A stretch of 62,197 nt of DNA, filler included, from a bacterium (GTDB lineage: Bacteria; UBA9089; CG2-30-40-21; SBAY01): the NCBI GenBank assembly GCA_040757115.1. It is 7 parts of 7 records of this genome, joined end to end, with 100 filler letters (N's around TTAATTAATTAA, not from the genome) between each part and the next. Parts side by side here need not be neighbours in the genome. Positions count along the whole stretch, not along the records: positions 36,001 to 44,676 come from JBFLYA010000156.1; positions 44,777 to 53,442 come from JBFLYA010000157.1; 5 more parts are not named here. One strand, 5' to 3'. Every line of letters begins with the position of its first letter. The stretch's first letter is position 1. A model generated the notes under the pieces. The model was not told where the DNA came from. It saw only the letters and a program-made list of their open reading frames with translations, and ran no database searches. A program made the translations under genes and the position numbers. Below are positions 42,842 to 53,291 of the stretch, piece after piece.

Positions 42842-42891
42842 AATCTCTCTCTATCTTCTCCTTAAATTCGATGTCTGACTCCGATTCCTTC

Positions 42892-43308
42892 TTATTTCAG
42901 CAAACGAATAAAACCTGCTTGTTCAAAGTGATGGTCGGTTGTCAAAGCTTCTCCAATACCACGCTGTCTCATCACTACAAAACTCGCACAATCCGCAAGG
43001 CTCCACTCCTTATCCTGATGGCTTCTGAATAGCTGCCAAGCCTGTTCATCAAGTCTCAAGTCCACATGCACAACTTCAACATAAGGTGAGTTTTTTAAAC
43101 CTGCAATAAACGCAATCACTCTTGTCCGAGGAATGCGTAGAGGACTGGTCATTAACATTGCTAATTCAGCAATAACATAGTTAGTTGTAATGACTTTCCG
43201 TCCCTGTTGACGGGATGTCCGATAAATGGTTGCTGCCAACGCATGGTAAGGCTGCGTTGAATCAACCAAATTGCCCCATCCCGATGTGTCAGCAAATAGT
43301 TCAGACAT
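42892..43308 (-). CDS. vapC: PIN-domain VapC toxin
   Basis: FADTSG, TNYVIAE, SLADCASF, LTTDHHFEQAGF. Confidence 0.9.
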   Translation of the reverse strand: MSELFADTSGWGNLVDSTQPYHALAATIYRTSRQQGRKVITTNYVIAELAMLMTSPLRIPRTRVIAFIAGLKNSPYVEVVHVDLRLDEQAWQLFRSHQDKEWSLADCASFVVMRQRGIGEALTTDHHFEQAGFIRLLK

Positions 43309-43309
43309 A

Positions 43310-43570
43310 TCAGTTATCCTTGTCTCCTTTATACTCTATTTGTTTCATCAAGTCCGCCCCAATGTATTTGTTATGTTGATCTGCCCAATCTGGAATGTTA
43401 CTCTTGAACACCCCGATAAAATTTTCTACCGGATCTTCAACAGTAGTGCGAATGGCAGTCTTCAACCACTCGAGAGCCAATTTTTCAGGCGTCCGTCCTG
43501 TCTGTTTTGCCGTTCTTATTAGGGGTTCGTATATCTTTTCTGGCACTTCTAAAGTCAATGTATGTCCCAT
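43310..43570 (-). CDS. putative antitoxin
   Basis: Small ORF 1 nt upstream of vapC; RHH-like start; DWADQHNKY. Confidence 0.8.
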   Translation of the reverse strand: MGHTLTLEVPEKIYEPLIRTAKQTGRTPEKLALEWLKTAIRTTVEDPVENFIGVFKSNIPDWADQHNKYIGADLMKQIEYKGDKDN

Positions 43571-43666
43571 AGAACCATCTCCTTTTTATTTCTAATTTCC
43601 AATTTTAACTTCATTTTCTAACCGCAAGCTTTCAAACAAAAGTGAACCGTCCCCGAAATTCATAAC

Positions 43667-44596
43667 TTATTGTCCTTCTTTTCTAAACAAATCTAAAAAT
43701 CTATCCTCGTATAAATTATATAAATTCCAGCGATCTAATTCCTCTTTTAACTTATGAGCCTTTTGTTTATCCTGTTTTGACTCTTCAAATAGTTTTTCTA
43801 TCTTTTCCATAATATTATCAGGGACTTTATGTTCTTTTTCTTCAGTCTTTTTCTCTTCCTGTCCAGGAAGAACACCTTTTATTTTATCCTCAATCATATC
43901 CATTTTCATTCCAATCTCTTGAATAGCAAGGTTTATTTCTGTCATCTCCACTCTAAAATTCAATAATTTTCCCAAAGTCTCGATTATGACTTTTGATGCC
44001 TTTGGATTTGGGAAATTAATCATATACTGTGGAATGCTGGCTAAAATGCAAGCGGCTTCTATCCCTAGTAGCCCGGCATAGGATAATAATAAACCATTTA
44101 GTCCTGAAATTTGTCCTCCTTTCATTATCTCTATCCCATGTTGATAGACATAATCTCTAATTGATTTATTATTTCCTACACAAAAGGGAAGCGAGTCATC
44201 TTTATGAGTAATAACTACCGGGAATGCCGCGGCGGTATAAATTCTTTGAACCTCAAGTTGTTTGGCAAAATCTAAAACCTTCAGCATTAAATGCAAACCC
44301 TGTAAATCTTTTAATTGAGCCTCACTTTCAAATATGAGTAAATTCAAATCCTTGTGGTAATAAAATACATTTTTAGGCACTGGCGGGAATTTGGCTATAC
44401 CCTGTTCGATTATAACTAACTCTGGAGCTACTAATTGCTCTATCTCAATTTCGGCAAATGGAGTTGCCTTAAGCTTCCATTGTAAGTAATCTATTGCCCC
44501 TAAGGCAACATTACCTATTCCTGGCCAGGCCGCTATCATCACCGGCTCCTTTATCTTTAATCTTTTATAAATTTTTATTTCTGGTTGCATTGTCAT
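43667..44596 (-). CDS. PAC2 (proteasome assembly chaperone)-family protein
   Basis: AAWPGIGNV, ISGLNGLL, PNPKAS. Confidence 0.85.
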   Translation of the reverse strand: MTMQPEIKIYKRLKIKEPVMIAAWPGIGNVALGAIDYLQWKLKATPFAEIEIEQLVAPELVIIEQGIAKFPPVPKNVFYYHKDLNLLIFESEAQLKDLQGLHLMLKVLDFAKQLEVQRIYTAAAFPVVITHKDDSLPFCVGNNKSIRDYVYQHGIEIMKGGQISGLNGLLLSYAGLLGIEAACILASIPQYMINFPNPKASKVIIETLGKLLNFRVEMTEINLAIQEIGMKMDMIEDKIKGVLPGQEEKKTEEKEHKVPDNIMEKIEKLFEESKQDKQKAHKLKEELDRWNLYNLYEDRFLDLFRKEGQ

Positions 44597-44978
44597 CTAT
44601 TAATATTACCAGATATGTTAAAAAAATGCAAGTAAAAAATGATTGACATTTTTTATTTCATAAGGTATAATTTTTTNNNNNNNNNNNNNNNNNNNNNNNN
44701 NNNNNNNNNNNNNNNNNNNNTTAATTAATTAANNNNNNNNNNNNNNNNNNNNNNNNNNNNNNNNNNNNNNNNNNNNTGTATTTTGGAATTTGTGATTTGG
44801 AATTTTGCCACTCACTCCGCTCTCCTGCAATCTCTAATCTCCCATTCATAGTTTATCCTTGCTTACCTCATCTTGTTACCCAACTTGTGGGTAAGGATTA
44901 GATCCCCGCCAGCGGGGGACAACGGCCAATCAATCACTTGAATGGCGACAGAGCACTAGATTAAGACACCACCAAGAT

Positions 44979-45542
44979 TCAGGGTTCAATGACCCAGCCA
45001 AAAACTTCTATCTCAGCAACAGGAATATTAATTGCAGAATAAATCTTTAATTTTGAGGTAGTTAAAGGGTTGAATGTTAATGTTATTATATTTTTGCCCT
45101 CATTATTAAGACTTCTTAAATTCTCCCATTGTTGATTTACCGGGTCATAATAATGAAAAGAAAATTTGGTATCAATCATCTTTTCCGCCGGTGTTAAATA
45201 AACAACCACTTTATCAATTACCCGTGAGTAATGAAAATCCAATTCATACCACAAAGGAACTAAATTACTACCTTGTTTATCCCCATCAATCAAAGAATTA
45301 TCTGCTATCAAGGCAGTAGTTCTATATTTACTCTGGGCAATATTCTGGTAGGAAACCTTTTTAGCCTCGGTTAATTGTTGTTTAAGATTTGCATTTTCCT
45401 CTTTTAAGACTTTGTTTTCTTCCTTAATTTTCTCAACATCTTTTAGTAATTTAAAATCATCTAATACCCCGGCAAAGCCATAGCTTGCAAAAAATAAACT
45501 TACTACCACCATATTTGTTCCTGCTAAAAATTTTTTTATCAT
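44979..45542 (-). CDS. secreted coiled-coil plus discoidin-like domain protein
   Basis: Signal peptide; LIDGD..WYELDF..AEIEVFG. Confidence 0.65.
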   Translation of the reverse strand: MIKKFLAGTNMVVVSLFFASYGFAGVLDDFKLLKDVEKIKEENKVLKEENANLKQQLTEAKKVSYQNIAQSKYRTTALIADNSLIDGDKQGSNLVPLWYELDFHYSRVIDKVVVYLTPAEKMIDTKFSFHYYDPVNQQWENLRSLNNEGKNIITLTFNPLTTSKLKIYSAINIPVAEIEVFGWVIEP

Positions 45543-45674
45543 TTTCTTTACCTCCTGAAGTTCTTTTTCTTAAATTACTTTAATTATATCATAAATATTC
45601 TACGGTGTCAATATTTTTAAATTAATGGGTTAGGTAAAAGATAAGAGTTAACATCCTTCAATTCAAATAAAGTA

Positions 45675-45703
45675 TTGACATCCGCTCAAAAATATGTTAT
45701 TAT
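45675..45703 (+). promoter_or_regulatory. sigma70 promoter
   Basis: TTGACA-N17-TATTAT. Confidence 0.6.
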
Positions 45704-45735
45704 TTACTCTAAAGTAAGTTACTAAGGAATAATCT

Positions 45736-47154
45736 ATGTTTGTAAATAGAGAAAAAGAACTTGCGGTATTAGAAAAAAGATTTACTTCCAACGAACCAGA
45801 GTTTTTAGTCATCTATGGAAGAAGGAGAGTAGGGAAAACAGAGCTTATCAGGCACTTTATTAAAAACAAGCCGCATATTTACTTCTTAGCCGATAAGCGG
45901 TCTGAAAAAGAACAATTGGAGCTTTTCTCAACACTTTGTCAGGAATATTTTACCGACCCTTTCCTGAATCTTCAGCCTTTTACCTCCTGGGATTCTGCCT
46001 TTGCCTATCTTTCCGGGAAGATTACGGATAGATTTATTTTAGTCTTTGATGAATTTCCTTATTTGGTTGAGACGAATCCATCGCTTCCTTCAATCTTACA
46101 ACGACATTGGGATACAAACATTAGTCAGGGGAAGATATTTCTTATTCTCTGCGGTTCATCGATGAGTTTTATGGAAAAAGAGGTACTCTCTTACAAAAGC
46201 CCTCTCTATGGCAGAAGAACAGGGCAATTCTTAATAAAACCGTTTAACTTCGTTCAAATAAGGAACTTCTTCCCTGAAAAGAGCTTAACAGAATTAGTTG
46301 AAATCTCTGCAGTATTTGGCAATATTCCTCAATACCTCAAGTGTGTCTATCCACAACTAAATACATTTGATAATATCAGGGAGAATATACTTAAAGAGGA
46401 TAAACTACTCTTCAGAGAGGTTCAATTTATCTTAATGGAAGAACTCCGCACTCCACAAAACTACTTTGCCATCCTTAAGGCAATATCTTTTAGTAAGACA
46501 AAGGTAAATGAAATAGTCCAATTTACAGGTCTGGAGAGGGGAATGGTTGGAAAATATCTTGATGTTTTGATTGGTTTAGGATTAATAGAAAGAAAGGTTC
46601 CGATAACAGAAAAAATTCCCCTTAAATCCAGAAAAGGGATTTATGTTATAAGGGATAATTTCTTTAGATTCTGGTTTAGATTTGTCTATCCCAATCTCTC
46701 TTATCTTGAAGAGGCAAGAGAGGATTATGTAATGGATATAATCAGGCGTGATTTTACTACATATCTGGGAGAGACATTTGAAGAGATTGCCAGAGAATAC
46801 ATCTTTTCTCTTTCATTGGATGATAAATTGCCGGCTAAATTTGATAAAATTGGCAGTTTTTGGGACAGCGAAGAAGAGATAGATATTGTTGGCATCAATG
46901 AGAAGGAAAAGGCTATTCTCTTTGGCGAATGCAAATGGACAAACAAACCCGTAGATTTGGATGTATATTCTGCTTTACTCAAGAAGAAAGATAGAGTCCT
47001 CTGGTATAAGGATGGAAGGAAGGAATATTTTGTGTTGTGTAGTAAGAGTGGATTTACCGATGCGGTGAAAAAACTATCAGAAAAAGAAAGCATCTTATTG
47101 ATTGATATTGGAGAGACTAAGCCTGACTTTCGCATTTTGAAGAAACAGAGGTAA
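45736..47154 (+). CDS. archaeal-type AAA ATPase with DUF234 / PD-(D/E)XK C-terminus
   Basis: FVNREKEL, GRRRVGKT, FDEFPY, SPLYGRRT, EIDIV..GECKW. Confidence 0.9.
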   Translation: MFVNREKELAVLEKRFTSNEPEFLVIYGRRRVGKTELIRHFIKNKPHIYFLADKRSEKEQLELFSTLCQEYFTDPFLNLQPFTSWDSAFAYLSGKITDRFILVFDEFPYLVETNPSLPSILQRHWDTNISQGKIFLILCGSSMSFMEKEVLSYKSPLYGRRTGQFLIKPFNFVQIRNFFPEKSLTELVEISAVFGNIPQYLKCVYPQLNTFDNIRENILKEDKLLFREVQFILMEELRTPQNYFAILKAISFSKTKVNEIVQFTGLERGMVGKYLDVLIGLGLIERKVPITEKIPLKSRKGIYVIRDNFFRFWFRFVYPNLSYLEEAREDYVMDIIRRDFTTYLGETFEEIAREYIFSLSLDDKLPAKFDKIGSFWDSEEEIDIVGINEKEKAILFGECKWTNKPVDLDVYSALLKKKDRVLWYKDGRKEYFVLCSKSGFTDAVKKLSEKESILLIDIGETKPDFRILKKQR

Positions 47155-47180
47155 GAATATCAAGGGGCACCATCTCCTAT

Positions 47181-48080
47181 TTACGCTCTTGGATGATACT
47201 TTGCATGAAGTGTCTTCAATCTTGCCTGATGAATATGCGTATAAATTTGTGTTGTCGTAATATTCACATGCCCTAACATCTCCTGAACACTTCGCAAGTC
47301 AGCATCATTAGATAATAAATGTGTTGCAAATGAATGACGCAAGGTATGAGGAGAAATTTCCTTCTTTATTCCACACAATCGAGCATATCTTTTGATAATC
47401 TTCCACAGTGCCTGTCTTGTTATTCCCTTTCCTCGCCAATTTACAAACAGATTTTCGATGATATTATCATTTTTAACTAAATATGGTCTGGCTTTTTCCA
47501 GATATTCTCTCAGGTAAGTTAATGCTGTTTGACCGATAGGCACTATCCTTTCTTTTGAGCCCTTGCCTAAAATATTTGCAAACCCTATTTCTAAATTGAC
47601 CTGCCCCACATTTAAAAGTATAACCTCTGAAACCCGAGCACCTGTGGCATACATAAATTCTAACATCGCTTTATCTCTTAGACCTAATGGTTGGTTAATA
47701 TCGGGTTGATTTAATAATGATTCTATCTCTTTATAGGTTAAAAACTTAGGTAATTTACTCACCGCCCATGATTTTGTATATGGAGATTCTAAATAAAGGG
47801 TTGGATTATAACTAATTTGTCCCTCGTTCTCCAGAAATCGATAAAATGCCTTAATACTTGCTACCTTTCTACTGATACTTGATGATTTTAAATGATTATT
47901 TCTTAGATAGGTAAGATAATTTAAGACATTTATCTCTTTTGAATCAACTGATTGTATGTTATTTTTTTCAAGGAACAAGATATATTGTCCAATATCACTC
48001 TCATACGCAAAGCAGGTATTAGGCGATAATCCTCGTTCTATACCCAGATAATTTATAAAATTTTCAACCTTATCTTTCAT
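47181..48080 (-). CDS. xerD: tyrosine recombinase XerD
   Basis: ERGLSPNT, LRDKAMLE..ATGARVSE, SPHTLRHSFATH, HAKYHPRA. Confidence 0.9.
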   Translation of the reverse strand: MKDKVENFINYLGIERGLSPNTCFAYESDIGQYILFLEKNNIQSVDSKEINVLNYLTYLRNNHLKSSSISRKVASIKAFYRFLENEGQISYNPTLYLESPYTKSWAVSKLPKFLTYKEIESLLNQPDINQPLGLRDKAMLEFMYATGARVSEVILLNVGQVNLEIGFANILGKGSKERIVPIGQTALTYLREYLEKARPYLVKNDNIIENLFVNWRGKGITRQALWKIIKRYARLCGIKKEISPHTLRHSFATHLLSNDADLRSVQEMLGHVNITTTQIYTHIHQARLKTLHAKYHPRA

Positions 48081-48691
48081 TGTAAAAATGGGTTAGTTTT
48101 TCTTTCCTCTCCAATTGTTGAAATATTCCCATGTCCTGGGTAAATAATCGTTTCATCTTCTAAGATTAAAAGGTGTTGATTAATAGAATCAATTAAGGTT
48201 TTATAATCTCCACCAGGAAAATCTGTTCTCCCAATTCCACCAGCAAATAATGTATCGCCAGTAAATATAAATTTATCTCCAGATAAACAAATACCCCCTT
48301 GTGTATGACCGGGGGTATGGATGACTTTTAATTTTAAATGACCTGTTTCAATATACTCACCATCTTCTAACAATCTATCTGCCGAAGTAATTATCGGTTC
48401 ATAAAAAAATGCGGATAGGTTTGAGGAAGAATCAGTCAGCATCACGGCATCTTTTTTATGGATAAGTATTTTTGCGCCCGTAGCATTTTTCAGCTCATTA
48501 TTACCTGCAATATGGTCACTATGACCATGTGTATTAATAATATAAATGAGTTTAGTTTTTAATTCATTTAATTTATCAAGGATTAGGTAAGCATCCCCAC
48601 CAGGGTCAATAACAATTGCCTCATTTCCATCTTCTAAAATATAGCAATTACTTTCCATAAAGCCAACAACTAATTTATGTATATTATTCAT
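48077..48691 (-). CDS. MBL-fold metallo-hydrolase
   Basis: THGHSDH, HTPGHT, GDTLF, YPGHG. Confidence 0.92.
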   Translation of the reverse strand: MNNIHKLVVGFMESNCYILEDGNEAIVIDPGGDAYLILDKLNELKTKLIYIINTHGHSDHIAGNNELKNATGAKILIHKKDAVMLTDSSSNLSAFFYEPIITSADRLLEDGEYIETGHLKLKVIHTPGHTQGGICLSGDKFIFTGDTLFAGGIGRTDFPGGDYKTLIDSINQHLLILEDETIIYPGHGNISTIGEERKTNPFLQ

Positions 48692-48752
48692 CCTCTCTAC
48701 TCTCTCTTCTTTCCTCTTTCCTCTCTCTTCTCTCTTTTCTTCTCTCTACTCT

Positions 48753-49196
48753 CTACTCCCTACTCCCTACTACCAATGTTACTGGTCCATCATTATGAAT
48801 ATCCACTAACATCATTGCCCCAAATTCACCCTCGGCAACTTTAATATTTGTTTTTTTCATCGTTTCTATAAATTTAATGTATAATTCTCTGGCTAATTCC
48901 GGCGGAGCGGCTTGAGTAAAATCAGGTCTTCTGCCTTTACGACAATCACCATATAATGTAAATTGCGAAATAATCAATGCCTGTCCTTTAATATCTAATA
49001 ACGAGAGATTAAATTTATTCGATTCATCTGCGAATATTCGTAAATTAACAATTTTATTGACTAAATACTCAACATCCTTAATCGTATCCTGATGTGTTAT
49101 TCCTAATAATATCACTAAGCCGTTATCTATCTTACCAATTATTTTATTATCAACTGATACCGAGGCTTCTTTTACCCGTTGTAGACAAGCACGCAT
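48753..49196 (-). CDS. dtd: D-aminoacyl-tRNA deacylase
   Basis: QRV, SQFTL, GRRP, NDGPVT. Confidence 0.95.
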   Translation of the reverse strand: MRACLQRVKEASVSVDNKIIGKIDNGLVILLGITHQDTIKDVEYLVNKIVNLRIFADESNKFNLSLLDIKGQALIISQFTLYGDCRKGRRPDFTQAAPPELARELYIKFIETMKKTNIKVAEGEFGAMMLVDIHNDGPVTLVVGSRE

Positions 49197-49198
49197 AT

Positions 49199-49522
49199 TT
49201 ACTTTCCCTTTTTTACTGATTCATTTAGCCATCTTAAATAATCTTCATTCCCGCCAATAATAGGTAAGGCAATTATTTCAGGAACGGTATATGAATGAAC
49301 CTTTTTGACCATAGTTATTAATTTCTTTAATAGAGATTTTCTTGTCTTAATTATCAACAAACTTTCCGCAGATTTATCTATTTTATTTTCCCACCAGAAG
49401 ATAGAATGGATATGCGGAATGATATTTACGCAAGCGGCGATTTTATCCTCCACTAATTTATTAGCAATTTTTGTTGCCTCTTCAGTCTGAGGTGTTGTAA
49501 TTAAAACTACAATATATTTCAT
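49199..49522 (-). CDS. cutA: divalent-cation tolerance protein CutA
   Basis: [19 protein letters not shown]. Confidence 0.93.
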   Translation of the reverse strand: MKYIVVLITTPQTEEATKIANKLVEDKIAACVNIIPHIHSIFWWENKIDKSAESLLIIKTRKSLLKKLITMVKKVHSYTVPEIIALPIIGGNEDYLRWLNESVKKGK

Positions 49523-49546
49523 TTCTTTCACCGATTACTTTCTTTT

Positions 49547-49621
49547 TGGTGGAGGTGAGGGGAATTGAACCCCTGACCTCTTCCATGCCAAGGAAGCGCG
49601 CTCCCGCTGCGCCACACCCCC
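49547..49621 (-). tRNA. tRNA-Ala(GGC)
   Basis: Cloverleaf; anticodon arm CTTCC-TTGGCAT-GGAAG; G3:U70; GGTTCAA; encoded CCA. Confidence 0.96.
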
Positions 49622-49866
49622 ACATAAGTAAACGTTGAACGGAGCCTGACGAAAGAAAGAATTTTCTCTGCTCCATAGTCTTAGTGTCGTGTTGAACAAA
49701 TAACGCACGGAATTTAATTCTGGTAACTGGTGATTGGTAATTGGTAATTAAATACCGTCCGATTGAGCTTATGACGAAGCCATTTAACCAATTACCAGTT
49801 ACCAGTTATCCGTTTGCAGGTTATGAAATCTGATGATACGCCGTGCAAAACTTACTCAACACCACA

Positions 49867-50226
49867 TTAGCTCCTTGCATTATGCTCTATCACCTTCGCA
49901 TCTGCCCATAGTCCTTCCAAATCATAGAATTTCCGTGTCTCTTCATAAAATATATGGATAATCACATCACATAAATCTATCAATATCCAATTTCCCCATT
50001 CATATCCTTCGATATGGTGAATTTTAAACTTTTCTTTAGTTGCTAATTCATCTATTGCATCCGCAATCGCTCTAATTTGAACATCTGATGTGCCACTGCA
50101 AATAACAAAATAATCCGTCATATCCGTTAATTTTTTCATTTCTAAAATAACCACATCATTTGCTTTTTTATTAAGTGCCGCCTCGGCACAATGTAGGGCT
50201 ATTTTTTTAGCCGATTTTATTGGCAA
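49867..50226 (-). CDS. rsfS: ribosome silencing factor
   Basis: DYFVICSG, WILID, FYDLEGLWAD. Confidence 0.95.
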   Translation of the reverse strand: MPIKSAKKIALHCAEAALNKKANDVVILEMKKLTDMTDYFVICSGTSDVQIRAIADAIDELATKEKFKIHHIEGYEWGNWILIDLCDVIIHIFYEETRKFYDLEGLWADAKVIEHNARS

Positions 50227-50436
50227 ATTATCATCTCCTTTAAATAAGAGGAACGCTCTCGGATGAAATTAAGCGGTAATTTTATTAGCCTTCGCACACC
50301 GCAAATTTTTCCTTCACCCCCACTTTTTAAGTAGAGAGTAGAGAGTAGAAAGTAGGAATTTTGTTTTATTTACTTCCTATTTCCCATTTCTTACTTCCTA
50401 TTTTTATCCGAGAGGCTTCTAAGAGAAGGTTAAGGT

Positions 50437-51039
50437 CTATATATCATAATACTTTATCTTATCCTGTAAGGTATTTATCAATTCATTCCTTGCCTCAATG
50501 GAACGAGGATGAATACTACCATTGGACTTTAAAATATCAAGAATCTTGAAATTTATTATCCAAAAAGTAACTATTCCCAGCTCTGTTATCGCAATATTTT
50601 TTAATCTTTGATATGATTTTTCTTCACCGTTACTTTTCATATACTCCATATAGTCAGCAACATAAACTATTTTCTCCAGAGTAGATGAATTTTTATCTAA
50701 TGTTGGATGAATTCTGATTGCTCGTAGGATTTCCTTATCTGTAATTCCAAATTTTTCTTGAGCTAACACCATTCCTACGGGAGCGTGCCATAATTGTTTC
50801 TCCTTACTCTCCAGTTCATCTAAAATAATTCCATATTTTTTTAAGTAATCTTTTAATAATTCATCCGATAAATCCTTGGCGCAATCATGTAATAAAGCGG
50901 CTATCCTTACCTTATGTGGCTCAACAACATAATGTCGGGCTAAAAAAGAGGCTAAATTTTGAGTATTAAGACAATGATTGTATCTTTTTTGAGAAAGAAT
51001 GTCCTTTAATTTTAACTCAATTTTATCTAACTCTACCAA
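50437..51039 (-). CDS. yqeK: YqeK HD-domain Ap4A hydrolase
   Basis: RYNHC, ALLHDCAK, LWHA, IVYVADYME; next to rsfS. Confidence 0.85.
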   Translation of the reverse strand: MVELDKIELKLKDILSQKRYNHCLNTQNLASFLARHYVVEPHKVRIAALLHDCAKDLSDELLKDYLKKYGIILDELESKEKQLWHAPVGMVLAQEKFGITDKEILRAIRIHPTLDKNSSTLEKIVYVADYMEYMKSNGEEKSYQRLKNIAITELGIVTFWIINFKILDILKSNGSIHPRSIEARNELINTLQDKIKYYDI

Positions 51040-51157
51040 TTTTCTACCTCTTGAAAAATCAGGGATTTTTTTACTTATATGTAATAATAACAGAAAACAG
51101 AGAAAAAGTCAACGAAAATTTTATTGTAAGCGGATTGAACGGATTGAGCGGATTTTT

Positions 51158-51369
51158 GTAACTATTCACCACGAAGAGCACGAAGGGCAGGGAGATGTTA
51201 CAGAACAAATCTCTTTATGCCTTCTTTCAATCTTTCCACATTGAAATTTATCAATAGACCAACCTTGATATTTGCCAATTTCATATATGTCAATATTTGA
51301 GCTTCATGAATTCGATAATTCATCAAATTTCACTTCGTGCTCTCCGTGTCCTTCGTGGTGAATAGTTAC
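51158..51369. mobile_element. MITE with deleted GxxExxY gene, nested in a GTAAGCGGATT hairpin element (51126-51415)
   Basis: TIR GTAACTATTCACCACGAAG; 7-bp GATTTTT duplication; KFDELSN//HEAQILTYMKLANIKVGLLINFNVERLKEGIKRFVL*. Confidence 0.85.
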
Positions 51370-51540
51370 GATTTTTTTTATTTCTTTTTCCGCTAAATCC
51401 GTTAAATCCGCTTACTAAATCCACCCGTTTACTATTAAAAATCTACTTTCTTAATTTTCTACCTGCACAGGTCGAATTTTTTAGTTGCTTTTTTAAGAAA
51501 TTAAATGTATAATATGGTTTGTGCCCCACGAAATTAAAAA

Positions 51541-51643
51541 TTGGTAACTGGTAACTAATTATTGGTAATTGGTAACCAATTACCAGTTACCAAATTAACT
51601 GGTAACTAATTACCAGTTACCAATTACCAGTTACCAATTACCA
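51541..51643. repeat. inverted heptamer array (TGGTAAC/T vs TTACCAG/A)
   Basis: Seen directly; similar array at 49721-49810. Confidence 0.8.
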
Positions 51644-51664
51644 AATGAAAGGAGGTAATGAAAT

Positions 51665-52657
51665 ATGAGTGAATCTAAAGCCAAAGTAGTTAAATATAAA
51701 CTAAGAACACATCCCAATGCTGATACCCTATCTATCGCGGATATAGAAGGGGCAACATGGCAAGTAGTTGTTCGCACCTCAGATTTTGCACCAGAAGGGA
51801 CAGCAATCTATATTCCTGTAGATACAGTTGTGCCAGAAACTCCAGAATTTGAGTTTTTAAGAGATAAAAATTTCCGGGTTAAAGCTATAAGACTTCGAGG
51901 AGAATATTCCTATGGTCTCCTGATTCCAAATAAAGATAATTTACCTGTTGGAGAGGATGTAACCGATAAAATTGGGATTAAAAAATATGAACCACCAGTC
52001 CCAATCGATATGCAAGGTGAAGTTGTGCCTTATGCTGAGGTAGATTGGATTTGCAAATATACGGATGTAGAACGATATGAGAATTTCCCGTATGTATTTA
52101 AAGACGGAGAAGAAATTATTGTTACAGAAAAAATTCATGGCTCAAATTTAAGGGTTTCTAAAAACGGTAATAATCTCTTCGTCGGTGGTCATAACTGGAT
52201 GTGGAAAGAAGATGAGAGAAATTTATACTGGAAGGCAATTAAACAAAATGGCTATGATAAAATTTTATTAGAAAAATTAGCCGATAAAACGGTTCTCTTT
52301 GGCGAGGCCTATGGTAAAAAAGTCCAAAACTTGCAATATGGGCTAAATACACAAAAAATAGTCTTTTATGATGCTTTTTTTGCGGAAAGATATCTTAATT
52401 GGGATGAGTTTATCGAATTAATGAAACAGCTGGGGTTAAGTGAACATATTGTTCCTGTCCTTTATCGCGGGGGATATGATTTGAATAAAATTAGAGAATT
52501 CGCTCAAGGAAATACATTACTCAGTGGTGACCATTTAAAAGAAGGGGTAATAGTTAAACCTGTTATAGAAAGAATGGACGGTGAATTAGGAAGAGTAATA
52601 TTAAAGTTTATTAATCCTATGTATGAAACAAGTAAAGATAGAACAGAATTCCATTGA
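51665..52657 (+). CDS. RNA ligase (ATP), Rnl2 / DRB0094-like
   Basis: HPNAD, RLRGEYSYGL, TEKIHGSN (motif I), FGE, FYD, EGVIVKP, LKFIN. Confidence 0.9.
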   Translation: MSESKAKVVKYKLRTHPNADTLSIADIEGATWQVVVRTSDFAPEGTAIYIPVDTVVPETPEFEFLRDKNFRVKAIRLRGEYSYGLLIPNKDNLPVGEDVTDKIGIKKYEPPVPIDMQGEVVPYAEVDWICKYTDVERYENFPYVFKDGEEIIVTEKIHGSNLRVSKNGNNLFVGGHNWMWKEDERNLYWKAIKQNGYDKILLEKLADKTVLFGEAYGKKVQNLQYGLNTQKIVFYDAFFAERYLNWDEFIELMKQLGLSEHIVPVLYRGGYDLNKIREFAQGNTLLSGDHLKEGVIVKPVIERMDGELGRVILKFINPMYETSKDRTEFH

Positions 52658-52664
52658 AAAAAGA

Positions 52665-52693
52665 TTGACAATTATTATTTTTGGGCGTATAAT
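52665..52693 (+). promoter_or_regulatory. consensus sigma70 promoter
   Basis: TTGACA-N17-TATAAT. Confidence 0.75.
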
Positions 52694-52715
52694 TTGGTAA
52701 TGGAGGTGATAATAG

Positions 52716-53291
52716 ATGAAGAAAATAATTTTGGGATTTTTGATTCTAACTATCGCTGGTTGTGGTCAGGTAAATCCCTATCGAGTAACTAATTTCTTTG
52801 TAGATAAAGAGGCAGTATTTGAATTACGCGCTCAACGAATAGCTGTTTTACCTTTTGAAAATACAAGCGGTGATTATTCTGCCGGACCAAAGGTTACTGA
52901 TGAATTTAATCTACAACTGGGGAAATTGGGGGATTTTGATTTAGTTGAAAGAATAAGAATTGAGGCACTTTATAAAGAACAGGATTTTGACCCAAACCGA
53001 ATTGACCAGGAAACTGCCGTCAAAATTGGTAAAATGTTAGGTGCTCATGGTGTTATTCTTGGCCAGGTGATTGAATATAGCAAAGGTAAAGTCGGAATTA
53101 GTATCAGATTGGTAAATGTAGAAACCGGTAAACAAATCTGGCAGGCAAGAGATACACTTTATGGTGGAGATAGACGGGTGAAGGTATTAGTTGATGGCTT
53201 TTGGCAAAAAATGAGATTGAAAAGGGATAAGGAATTTTTAACCCAAATCCTATGCCAATTATTAGCCGAAACCTTTAAAGAAGGCAGATGA
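52716..53291 (+). CDS. CsgG/HfaB/LpoB-like lipoprotein
   Basis: IAGC lipobox; IAVLPFEN, LVER, KIGKMLGA, RLVNVETG. Confidence 0.8.
   Translation: MKKIILGFLILTIAGCGQVNPYRVTNFFVDKEAVFELRAQRIAVLPFENTSGDYSAGPKVTDEFNLQLGKLGDFDLVERIRIEALYKEQDFDPNRIDQETAVKIGKMLGAHGVILGQVIEYSKGKVGISIRLVNVETGKQIWQARDTLYGGDRRVKVLVDGFWQKMRLKRDKEFLTQILCQLLAETFKEGR

Noticed and set aside
47181-48080. Integrase of a prophage or island near tRNA-Ala
   Set aside because: Typical XerD in a housekeeping operon; no duplicated tRNA 3' end seen
51541-51643. Possible CRISPR array here or in other short-repeat tracts
   Set aside because: Heptamer units without unique spacers; no cas genes in the window
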